Virus record (IMG/VR): IMGVR_UViG_3300023297_000011
Location: 1-54,037 of that record
Direction: 5' to 3' (one strand)
Length of the DNA: 54,037 bases
From: a virus
Taxonomy: Duplodnaviria; Caudoviricetes
Shown: positions 8,443 to 17,331 of the stretch, one piece after another
How positions within the stretch are numbered: position 1 is the stretch's first letter
How the letters are laid out: every line of letters starts with the position of its first letter
Position numbers and translations under genes: made by a program
Notes under the pieces: generated by a model
The model's input: the letters and a program-made list of their open reading frames with translations, nothing else
Databases searched by the model: none
Told to the model about the DNA's origin: nothing

Positions 8443-9213
8443 CTTATTTAGTTTTTTAGGTTTAAAATTTAGTACCCTGTTAAATAGTCAATATTTACAT
8501 CACTTTATTTTCAAGTAATTAAACAGGGTGAAAGGTTATATTGCCAACATGAATAACAAGCCGATAGCAGCGCAAATAATCCCAGATAAAACACATATTG
8601 CAATTTCTTTAAAATTTAGTTTCTCGGTTTTCATCTTATTTAGTTTTAATTATTAAACATCTTATACTAACAAATTCCCGGCAAACATCTAATAGATTTG
8701 TTACGGTTATGCGGTTGTTTGTCTTCTGATTGCCGCTAAACAGGTGGATAATTACCCTTATTTCAATACTTAAAAGTACTATATTTAGTAATAACCTACA
8801 ACTATTTAGCCAACTATTTTCACCCGGAACCGGTCCTAATTGTATGTTTAACAACACATTGTTAATAAATCAAGACTATGAAAATATTATTCTCGATAGA
8901 TTTTAACTATATTGCAATATGAAAATGGTTCTTACAAATGTTCCTAATTGGCTGGTTTGGCTTATTTTAACCGGAATTGCGTTAACTGTTTTCTGGTATA
9001 TTATAAAATTGTGGTGAAAATAAAAAATAAAATATCGGTTAATGAGAACGTCTTGAGAACATCAGGATTATTCAATATTAGCCAAGGAATAAAGGTAGAT
9101 TTATTTGAATTTAAAAAATTTGCACAAAATTAAGATACAAAGAACACTAACAAAGTAAAGGGCAGGCACGCTATAGCATATAAGCCCTGCCAAGTTCTTC
9201 AAATCAAATTACA

Positions 9214-9417
9214 ATGGCACAGAGTAAAGAGTTCAGTTTAAAAAATAATATTAGTTTAATTATTTCCATTGCCAGTATTGCGGGTTGGATATTCGCCGCC
9301 GGCATATTCTACAGCGAAGTGAAGCAAACAAAGAAGATTGCAGAACAAAATCACCAGCTTTTAATGGACCAACAACAATTGAACGGCAAAATTATTCAAT
9401 TTATAAAAGACAAATAA
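9214..9417 (+). CDS. small membrane protein (one TM helix plus coiled coil)
   Basis: ISLIISIASIAGWIFAAGIFY hydrophobic segment; first plus-strand gene. Confidence 0.65.
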   Translation: MAQSKEFSLKNNISLIISIASIAGWIFAAGIFYSEVKQTKKIAEQNHQLLMDQQQLNGKIIQFIKDK

Positions 9418-9421
9418 AGAA

Positions 9422-9892
9422 ATGAAAATTTTTGCAACCATATTAATTTTATTATTCGCCTTCACTGCCAATGTTCAGCAGGATACAACAAAGGCAAAGG
9501 AACCCATAAAGAAAATTACTCCGGAACAGTTAATGAAAATACATTCTAATCAAATGGACTCTTTATTAAACAAGTCAAAGGAAAACAAAAAATCTATGCC
9601 ACAAAAAGAAGATACTCAAACCAAGCACCAGGACCAGGCAGCACAGAAATTTAAAAACTTTCAACGTGCATACAATGCCCGCATAGCATACGAAAAGAAT
9701 TGTTTGTTAAAATACGACTTTCCCCACTGGATGAATAAGAACAGTAGTCCGCCCAAACCAGGCGAAACAATGAAAGATTATGCTATCAAGTACAAAACCA
9801 CAGTTAGGGAGATGAAAGATTGCGAAACAGCCGCAAACAAGACACTACAGATAATCGAACTATCCAATCAATCAAATATAATTAATTCATAA
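9422..9892 (+). CDS. putative secreted protein
   Basis: MKIFATILILLFAFTANV-QQD signal peptide-like N-terminus. Confidence 0.7.
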   Translation: MKIFATILILLFAFTANVQQDTTKAKEPIKKITPEQLMKIHSNQMDSLLNKSKENKKSMPQKEDTQTKHQDQAAQKFKNFQRAYNARIAYEKNCLLKYDFPHWMNKNSSPPKPGETMKDYAIKYKTTVREMKDCETAANKTLQIIELSNQSNIINS

Positions 9893-9913
9893 AGCCTAGT
9901 AAAATTTAAAGAT

Positions 9914-10435
9914 ATGGTAGCAAAGAAAGGCGATAAGCACCCTAACCACGTAGGAAATCAATGTTGGAAGATGCGTACCAAATCAGGAAGGGATAAACTG
10001 TTTTCATCTACCCCTGAAGGAACACAAGCCTTTTTGGACTTATGTAATGAGTACTTCCAAAAACCCCGCCCGCAATGGGTTAAAAAGGAATTCATTAAAT
10101 CAGGACCAGGAGCCGGAACAATTATCGACATAGAAATAGATGCACCTTATACGATAGAAGAACTATGTCAACATTTACAGATTGATTCAAGGACTTTTCG
10201 CAACTATAGAGGGGACGAAGCGTATAAAGAATTTTTTCCAATCTTCACGTATGTGGACGACATAATTCGCATAAATCATACTCAAGGAGGATTGTTGAAT
10301 TTACTTAATCCTATGTTGGTTAGTAGAATACAGGGATACAAGGACCAACAGGATATTACAAGCGACGGCAAACAGATCACCCCAATAATCAATGTGTCAA
10401 ATCCAGACATTAGCAACATATTGAATAAAGGATAG
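9914..10435 (+). CDS. terS: terminase small subunit-like protein (P22 gp3 DNA-packaging family)
   Basis: GNQCWKMRTKSGRDKLF..EYF..PYTIEELC.HL.I..TFRNY..LNP.LVSR..GYKDQQDITSDG. Confidence 0.75.
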   Translation: MVAKKGDKHPNHVGNQCWKMRTKSGRDKLFSSTPEGTQAFLDLCNEYFQKPRPQWVKKEFIKSGPGAGTIIDIEIDAPYTIEELCQHLQIDSRTFRNYRGDEAYKEFFPIFTYVDDIIRINHTQGGLLNLLNPMLVSRIQGYKDQQDITSDGKQITPIINVSNPDISNILNKG

Positions 10436-10467
10436 TTTTTTTTCATAGGTTTAGTTTATAGGTTAGA

Positions 10468-10498
10468 GCCCTGGTTATTCATTTAATCAGGGTTTTTT
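10468..10498 (+). terminator. intrinsic terminator
   Basis: gccctggtta/taatcagggt stem followed by T-run. Confidence 0.7.
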
Positions 10499-10728
10499 GT
10501 TGCTTATTGCCTATCTGGTTAACAATAACATGAAAATAGCGTTATTTCAATAATGGCTTATTATCAGTCGGTTAGTATCATTCCTGCACGGGGTAAACAA
10601 ACTATCTATTTAACATTTACACATAGTCAGTAAACACACGAATACAGTATCATTATGCTATATTATGTCACCTCAAAAATAGGCCTGACATAGTGACAAT
10701 TTATGTGTGGCCCGCATAAGGGCTCATG

Positions 10729-10759
10729 TTGTGTAATTAAATTATTATACTTACATTTG
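10729..10759 (+). promoter_or_regulatory. putative Bacteroidota sigma70 promoter
   Basis: TACATTTG (-7 TAnnTTTG) at 10752-10759 with TTG about 20 nt upstream. Confidence 0.4.
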
Positions 10760-10908
10760 CAGATAGGACAATTATAATTAAAGCACACCTCCGCAACGTG
10801 CTGATAACGACATATGATGCGCCTATTGTGTTTGTTCTACTTAACAATATTAAACACAATGTATATTATAAGACAAACAAACTATATGATAATTTAAGTA
10901 ATTGAGAC

Positions 10909-11271
10909 ATGATGTATATTGAGCTAGTGCCGGGGGATATAACTGTTAAACTGAAGGAATTGAAAGGAATCTATTTTGTTTATTCACTGATACACAATAA
11001 AGAAGTGGTTTATGTTGGCTGCTCCAGGAATATATATAAACGATTCAAAGCGCATCGATACCATAAACCTTTCGATAAGATAGATATGTTTTCAATGGCT
11101 ACACAGAAGCAGGCCAAGATAAAAGAAAGGGAACTAATCGTTAAACATATGCCGCGACTCAATGGTAATGGTAAGCATTCAAAATGTACCGTTATTCTAA
11201 ACAGTGAGCGATACAGATCAGTGTCTTCATTAGAACTAAAGTACGTTCACTCATCTATACTCAATAGGTAA
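10909..11271 (+). CDS. GIY-YIG nuclease family protein
   Basis: FVYSL..VVYVGCSRNIYKRFKAH..E..LI..P.LN. Confidence 0.8.
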   Translation: MMYIELVPGDITVKLKELKGIYFVYSLIHNKEVVYVGCSRNIYKRFKAHRYHKPFDKIDMFSMATQKQAKIKERELIVKHMPRLNGNGKHSKCTVILNSERYRSVSSLELKYVHSSILNR

Positions 11272-11750
11272 GCCGTACCATAGCACCACTACCCCCCCCC
11301 ACCCCTAAAAATAATAGCTTTTATTCCTATGCCTGGGTATTATATAATTGTCAAAAGGTAATTCGACTACACAGCCAAACCCAATTTCACCCCCATGGGC
11401 TTCATCCCGCAACCCCCTATATCCTCCCCTTGATTTCCGGCACCGTTCTACCTTTTCTCATACTTATCTCACCTACGGGGCTAATTCGACCTCCTTTAGA
11501 ATGTTTGATAACATTTATTTGGTATTATTGGGATTGGGAATAATTTAAATGAGTGCATGTATTTCCCTGGAACATGTTTGTTTGAAATTTGCCGCCGACG
11601 GCTCTGCCGTGTATTGGTTTACTGAGTGGGGCGGGAATATTTTTTCTTAAAGTATTGGAATTGGTTTAAATATATTGTAGTTTTACGGGGTAATGCAACA
11701 AAAGACTATGGATAAGCACAAGAAAATAAAGATTGGCATTATCGGAAGCC

Positions 11751-11933
11751 ATGCCTGAGATACTCGAATACATGGAATCAATATTTAAGGAAACAAGGTG
11801 GCCCTTCTTCTCCTTAATAAAACTCCGCGCGAAATTTGGAGAGGGAACCGTTCAGGAATTGGATAGCCTTTTGAAAAAGGAGATTGTTCGAAGGAGGGAA
11901 GGGTGTAATTGCGTATTAGTTGAATTAACTTAA
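11751..11933 (+). CDS. small hypothetical protein (possibly winged-helix)
   Basis: ORF 11733..11933; ATG start at MPEILE likely. Confidence 0.5.
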   Translation: MPEILEYMESIFKETRWPFFSLIKLRAKFGEGTVQELDSLLKKEIVRRREGCNCVLVELT

Positions 11934-11937
11934 TGCT

Positions 11938-12237
11938 ATGAAAATACTACTATTTGTACTATTCTTACTCGTAAGCATAAGTATTAAAGCACAATATGAC
12001 TCTGTTGCCTACCTTGTGGTAACAGAAAACCCACGTACCATCCGTTCAGATACACTACATAGTATCGATTCGGTTAATTACCTAGTCGAATACATATTTG
12101 GGGTGCCAGGAGTTGGGAATATACTTCATTATTCAGACTATTTTGAGTTAAGAAGCTGTGGTGTTGTTATTTATTGCGAGAAGAAAAGGGTTGTTTATAA
12201 TAGGAGGGGCAGGATTAAACTAAAACGAATAAAATGA
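11938..12237 (+). CDS. putative secreted protein, paralog of 13700..13993
   Basis: Signal peptide MKILLFVLFLLVSISIKA-Q; shares DSVAY..DTLHSIDSV.Y..SDYFEL..YCE..YNRRG..KLKRIK. Confidence 0.75.
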   Translation: MKILLFVLFLLVSISIKAQYDSVAYLVVTENPRTIRSDTLHSIDSVNYLVEYIFGVPGVGNILHYSDYFELRSCGVVIYCEKKRVVYNRRGRIKLKRIK

Positions 12238-12950
12238 ATAAGTTCAAAAATTGGTTACTCGCTATTAGGTATAGGTATTTTAGGTTATTTGCTAGTAGGA
12301 AGAATTTTTCCGGCAAATTGCTTTATGAAAATAATTTTGATTCATTGTGGGGGCTCAAAGTTCACCACAACGAGTTCTACAACCATAACGATGTTTGGTT
12401 TGATTCAAGGTATGCCTATATCAGTAAAAATGGGTTAAATATAGAATGTGTTCATAATCCTGTAACTCATTCGAACTGGCAGTTTACCAATAAAAAAGTT
12501 AATTTTAAGTCCTGTATGGTTGAAACTGTATTCTCAATGATTTATGGAATATGGGAAATAGAGGCAAGACTTTGCGATTCATGGCCCGCAATATGGCTGC
12601 TTCGAAAAGGCGGCATTATTATTCCTGAAGTGGACATTATGGAGGTTATGCACGGTTATTTCAAGCCGGCAATCCATTACTGTACTCCTGATAATAAAGA
12701 TGGCCATGCAAAACACCAAGCAGCTAGTAAAGTGTGCAAGTACGATGAAAAACTTCATAAATTCGCCTGTGAATTACTGCCAGGAGGTTACAGGATTTAC
12801 ATAGACCGGATTTTGGTTGTGGATTTCAAAGATAAACATCCTGAGTTCACTTCCCCTGAACCCTGCTATCTGTTATTGAACAATGCAGATACAGGCGGTA
12901 ATAATAACACCAAAATGGTTATTGAATCAGTTAAAGCATATAAAAACTAA
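12234..12950 (+). CDS. glycoside hydrolase family 16 protein
   Basis: YGIWEIEARL..WPAIWLL..PEVDIME (ExDxxE catalytic motif)..H.F..YID..YLLLN. Confidence 0.8.
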   Translation: MNKFKNWLLAIRYRYFRLFASRKNFSGKLLYENNFDSLWGLKVHHNEFYNHNDVWFDSRYAYISKNGLNIECVHNPVTHSNWQFTNKKVNFKSCMVETVFSMIYGIWEIEARLCDSWPAIWLLRKGGIIIPEVDIMEVMHGYFKPAIHYCTPDNKDGHAKHQAASKVCKYDEKLHKFACELLPGGYRIYIDRILVVDFKDKHPEFTSPEPCYLLLNNADTGGNNNTKMVIESVKAYKN

Positions 12951-12953
12951 ATT

Positions 12954-13445
12954 ATGAAAAAACTACTATTTATTATTGCAGCGTTGTTAATCACAATGAT
13001 TACTCCTGCACAGACAAAACAAGATTACAAAAATTACATTGAGTATTGTAACACTGAAACGCCGGACACTGTTTGGCAAGTTGGTAACGTTAAAACAAAA
13101 CTGATTCCGGTTTATTCTGATTCAGGAGAGTTGATTAAATATTCTTACGGGAATACTTCCGACACGGTTTGGGTAGATGTTGAATGTAAAAGCCATTTGG
13201 TAGATCATGGAACATACAATTATACTTCAACTGGTATTATTTTCAACGATTGGGGTAATTCATCGCTTACATATGATACGATTAGTAACTGGCGTCCTGG
13301 TCCTATACTCAGTAGTATGATTGACAACCAACATCAAACAGATATTAAATACGAAGTTAAGCGTAAATATGTATGCTCAGTAAAGAACGAAAAGCCAAGC
13401 CGTGAAGGATTTTATATTTGGAAATGGGAACAAATAAGTAAATAA
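12954..13445 (+). CDS. putative secreted protein
   Basis: MKKLLFIIAALLITMITPA-Q signal peptide. Confidence 0.7.
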   Translation: MKKLLFIIAALLITMITPAQTKQDYKNYIEYCNTETPDTVWQVGNVKTKLIPVYSDSGELIKYSYGNTSDTVWVDVECKSHLVDHGTYNYTSTGIIFNDWGNSSLTYDTISNWRPGPILSSMIDNQHQTDIKYEVKRKYVCSVKNEKPSREGFYIWKWEQISK

Positions 13446-13446
13446 G

Positions 13447-13668
13447 ATGATAACAGTAATTCTCGAAAAGAAAGGCAAGAAGAAGATAATCGGAAACCCG
13501 GTTACAACTTGTGAATTACTAGGTGTTTGTCCCGAGACTATCAGGAGATGGTACCGGGCCCGCAAACTGGTAGTAATTAATGGATATAATGTATCTTTTG
13601 ATGTCGTATTCCTGAATAACTGCAAACAATCTGAAAATCAGGATGAAGAAAGTTCACCAGAAGTGTAG
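13447..13668 (+). CDS. small HTH DNA-binding protein
   Basis: TTCELLGVCPETIRRW MerR/excisionase-like HTH. Confidence 0.6.
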   Translation: MITVILEKKGKKKIIGNPVTTCELLGVCPETIRRWYRARKLVVINGYNVSFDVVFLNNCKQSENQDEESSPEV

Positions 13669-13699
13669 TGAAATGCTAGTAAAAGTAATACAAAACAAG

Positions 13700-13993
13700 A
13701 TGAGTAAATTATTATTATTGTCATTATTGTTCATTAGTTTAAATTCAATAGCTGATTCAATTGCTTATTATATTGTAATTGAAACACCGCATTTTATTTG
13801 TACAGATACTATGTACAGTATAGAATCAGTTGATTATTTTGTAGATAGGATAACCGGAATATCGGGAATAAGTTGTATCTTTAATCATTCAGACTATTTT
13901 GAGTTAAAAGTTTATGGAATGATTGTTTATTGTGAAATGAAAAAGATAACATACAATAGGCGTGGGATAATGAAGTTAAAACGGATAAAATGA
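13700..13993 (+). CDS. putative secreted protein, paralog of 11938..12237
   Basis: Start at MSKLLLLSLLFISLNSIA; clear similarity to the 11938 ORF. Confidence 0.75.
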   Translation: MSKLLLLSLLFISLNSIADSIAYYIVIETPHFICTDTMYSIESVDYFVDRITGISGISCIFNHSDYFELKVYGMIVYCEMKKITYNRRGIMKLKRIK

Positions 13994-14331
13994 CATACGA
14001 CACTTGTATTCAGTACTTATTTGCCCTGGCATTTATCCACATATTAATTTACATGACTACATTAGACAATAAAAGAAAATAATAATACAAAACAACTCTT
14101 TCTACTTTTAAAAGCAATGACAGATAAAAAGAGGGGAGGTGATGAAGGGGTTGTTTTATTAAATTGTCAGTTAATCGTTAAATGATTGAATCGGGGTATA
14201 TTCTGCCCACCATAGCGGGCCCCGATTATATAAACTATTAAATTTGTATTTTAAATAAAGATTTAATAACTTGCAACTTATGATACTTGTTTTAATTATA
14301 TCAACAGTATAAACTTAATAAATTAAACAAA

Positions 14332-14892
14332 ATGAACTGGGATAAAATAAAACGAAAATACCCAAAGGCTTTTGAGCTATTTAAGAAATCGTATCAGCTT
14401 CGTGAGGTGGTAATAGGTACAACCATTGTTTTATTTATAGAAAACAGTGCTGACAGGCTAGAATCAATTGATAAGACAATAATAAATGAATTTGTATTCA
14501 TAAATAAAATACGGGAAACCGGAAAACATAAGTACAGGAAGGCATTCAAGGCTATTAATGACAGTTTGGAAAATCAAGAAAGAATATTAAATCAACTAAT
14601 AAGGGCTGCAAGTACTGCACAAGGAACGCTTGAATCGTTTTATTCTAATTTTTTCGGAAGGGATAAAATCACAGTAAATAATTTAAACATAACCGGAATA
14701 GACATAAGTGTTCCAAATCTAAATGTGCCTAAATTACAAGAAGGAGTAACGTTCATCGAATTTATAGAAATGTTTGGATTAAGGGATAAATATATAACAC
14801 TAGACTCAATGTCCTCAAATACAAGCCACAACAGGCAACCGAACGGATTAATGAAGGGTACTATTGAAAATGTTAATTTGAAAATACATTAA
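14332..14892 (+). CDS. hypothetical protein
   Basis: 186-aa ORF, A-rich leader. Confidence 0.7.
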   Translation: MNWDKIKRKYPKAFELFKKSYQLREVVIGTTIVLFIENSADRLESIDKTIINEFVFINKIRETGKHKYRKAFKAINDSLENQERILNQLIRAASTAQGTLESFYSNFFGRDKITVNNLNITGIDISVPNLNVPKLQEGVTFIEFIEMFGLRDKYITLDSMSSNTSHNRQPNGLMKGTIENVNLKIH

Positions 14893-14896
14893 GCAA

Positions 14897-15100
14897 ATGG
14901 AAAGCAATGTGGACGTAATAAAACAAAATAAAGATAAATTGGAAAAGGATATAAAAGCCCTTTTAGAACAATTTATAGAATACAATGGAATGTGTGATAT
15001 TAATATATCTTCACAGTTATCGTATAATCACCCACCCCACGTTAAAAAGAAAATATTAACCGGAATTGAAGTAGAAGTAATTATATCCATATATCAATAG
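14897..15100 (+). CDS. hypothetical protein
   Basis: ORF in operon. Confidence 0.6.
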   Translation: MESNVDVIKQNKDKLEKDIKALLEQFIEYNGMCDINISSQLSYNHPPHVKKKILTGIEVEVIISIYQ

Positions 15101-15263
15101 TATGTAGCGTAATGAAATTACCGTGTATCCCTGACTTTGTAGGCTGCGATGGTGAGCATTGGAGTGATGACTTTTTAAAAGTACATTTAGATATGGCTAT
15201 CAAGGAAGAAAGGTATGAATATTGCGCTAATATAAGGGATGAAATAAAAAGAAGGGAAAAATA

Positions 15264-15731
15264 ATGGCATCTTATACAGAGAAACAAAAGACTAAATTAG
15301 TAAACACTATATGTAAAGAGGTGGCTGGTGGTCGTTCTCTTAGGTCTGTATTGAGAGATGAGAACATGCCGTCTAATCCTACGTTTAGTAAATGGATGAA
15401 GGATAGCAAACAAAGACTTTTACAGTACACATGTGCGCGTGAGGATAGAGCAGATTTCATATTTGAGCAGATACTTGACATCTCAGACAGCCAAGAGGGT
15501 GACATGATAACACTGGAGGACGGTAGGGAGGTTGTTAACCACGATGTAATACAACGGGCTAGATTAAGGGTTGACTCTCGTAAATGGATGCTTGGTAAAA
15601 TGCAGCCTGCAAAATATGGTGAAAGATTAGACGTACAAAGTTCAGATGGTTCAATGTCGCCAAACACAGGACTGGAGGGCAAAACATTTGAAGAGCTATA
15701 CCAATTAAAGTATGGCAAAAAACCAGAATGA
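15264..15731 (+). CDS. terS: terminase small subunit (Sf6 gp1-like)
   Basis: ICKEVAGGRSLRSVLRDENMPS..QY..ARE.RAD..I.D..IQRARLRVDSRKWMLGKMQP.KYGE; overlaps terL start. Confidence 0.9.
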   Translation: MASYTEKQKTKLVNTICKEVAGGRSLRSVLRDENMPSNPTFSKWMKDSKQRLLQYTCAREDRADFIFEQILDISDSQEGDMITLEDGREVVNHDVIQRARLRVDSRKWMLGKMQPAKYGERLDVQSSDGSMSPNTGLEGKTFEELYQLKYGKKPE

Positions 15732-17170
15732 TTTTCGATTCAATATTAAACATAGAATTATCAAGAAGGAATTTTTGGGAGTTCTGCAATACGCTTGAAC
15801 CCGATTTCTACAAACCCGACAGAAAACATTTAATAACCCTATGTAATATCCTAGAATTATTTTACTACAAAAAACTACTAAAGCCAGACGGTGACGCATT
15901 CACTAAGCTAATGGTAAGGATGCCACCACAGCACGGTAAGAGCCGTACGCTTGTAAATTTTACTAAATGGATACTTGGCAAGAACGTTAACGAACGCATA
16001 GTTACAGCGTCCAATACAGATTCACAAGCAACAGACTTTTCAAGGTTTACCCGTGACGGCATAATGGGCATTAAAAACCTGCCAGAACAAATAGTTTATT
16101 CGGATATATTCCCAAATACAAAATTAAAGAAAGGTGATTCAGCAGTACAGAAATGGGCCCTACAGGGTCAACACTTTAATTATTTGGGAGTAGGTGTAAA
16201 TGGTTTAGTTACTGGCAAGGGTGCAACGCTTAGAATAATGGATGACATTGTTAAGGGTGCGGATCAGGCGTTAAGTGACACCGCAATGGATAAGTTATGG
16301 ATTTGGTTAACAGGAACATTTTCTAGTAGGAATGCCGCTGAAGAAGAAGAAGTAAGGGAAATATTTTGCGCTACACTTTGGGGTGAACGTGATCCACAAT
16401 ACAGGCTACAGGAAACTGAAGGTGATGAATGGTACATATTATCAATGCCAGTTTATGATTCTGAATTAGATGAAATGTTATGCGAAGACCTTTTGTCAAA
16501 AAAAGCATTTGTAAAGCTAAAGGCTAGGATGCTGGTTGACTCAAGGACAAAGGGTATATTCTATGCTAATTACATGTGCGAAGCTATTGACGACAATGAA
16601 GCCAAGGCATTCCCTCGAAGTTCGTTAAAGTTCTACAAATACCTACCAACCAAAACAATAAACGAAAACGGAACCGAAAAAGAAATACCGCAAGGATGGT
16701 TGTTTTCCTTTATAGACACAGCCGATGAAGGAATGGATAACTTCGCAATGCCTATATTTAGGGTAATAGGCGACCTTGTGTATTTAGTAGACTGTATATT
16801 TGACCAAGAAAACCTAACAATACAATTAAGTCAGGTAGCTAGCAAGCTAAAAGAGCATGGGCGGTTTGGTGAAATAGTAGTCGAAACAAACTCAGCGGGG
16901 GCGTTTTTTAAGCGTACACTAGAAGATAACCACCCAGACACACCTTTCTTTGGGCAGTGGTCAAAGGCTAACAAAATGGCTCGTATACTTAGTTATGCGG
17001 GTATTATTAAACTATACTACCGTTTCCCTGAAAATCCAAACCCAAATGTTGAGCGATTTATGAAGCAGGTTTACCGATTATTAAAGACTTCGAAGAAAGA
17101 AGATGACGCTCCAGATTCTTTGGCTGGTTCTGCCATGCACTTAGAGGCACAATATGAGATGTTTAAATGA
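15728..17170 (+). CDS. terL: terminase large subunit
   Basis: MPPQHGKS Walker A, IMDD Walker B, RNase H-like FIDTADEG.D..ETN..DDAPDSL. Confidence 0.95.
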   Translation: MIFDSILNIELSRRNFWEFCNTLEPDFYKPDRKHLITLCNILELFYYKKLLKPDGDAFTKLMVRMPPQHGKSRTLVNFTKWILGKNVNERIVTASNTDSQATDFSRFTRDGIMGIKNLPEQIVYSDIFPNTKLKKGDSAVQKWALQGQHFNYLGVGVNGLVTGKGATLRIMDDIVKGADQALSDTAMDKLWIWLTGTFSSRNAAEEEEVREIFCATLWGERDPQYRLQETEGDEWYILSMPVYDSELDEMLCEDLLSKKAFVKLKARMLVDSRTKGIFYANYMCEAIDDNEAKAFPRSSLKFYKYLPTKTINENGTEKEIPQGWLFSFIDTADEGMDNFAMPIFRVIGDLVYLVDCIFDQENLTIQLSQVASKLKEHGRFGEIVVETNSAGAFFKRTLEDNHPDTPFFGQWSKANKMARILSYAGIIKLYYRFPENPNPNVERFMKQVYRLLKTSKKEDDAPDSLAGSAMHLEAQYEMFK

Positions 17171-17282
17171 TAAATTGTGTCAAAATGTGCAAATAATATT
17201 AAATAATACGGGGTTATAGTTAAAATTATTGTGTCAAAATATGCAAGCAATAAAATAAAAAACATGATTAATGTCATTTTTA

Positions 17283-17313
17283 TTTGAAATGTTGTTTTTT
17301 TAAAATATCTTTG
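17283..17313 (+). promoter_or_regulatory. Bacteroidota sigma70-type promoter for the portal/head operon
   Basis: TTTG (17283-86), 19 nt spacer, TATCTTTG (17306-13) matches the -33/-7 consensus. Confidence 0.7.
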
Positions 17314-17331
17314 TACAAACATGTTTAGATT

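Noticed and set aside
14033-14041. Perfect DnaA box TTATCCACA (another lies inside the capsid gene)
   Set aside because: Isolated 9-mers are expected by chance in an AT-rich 54 kb sequence; no cluster
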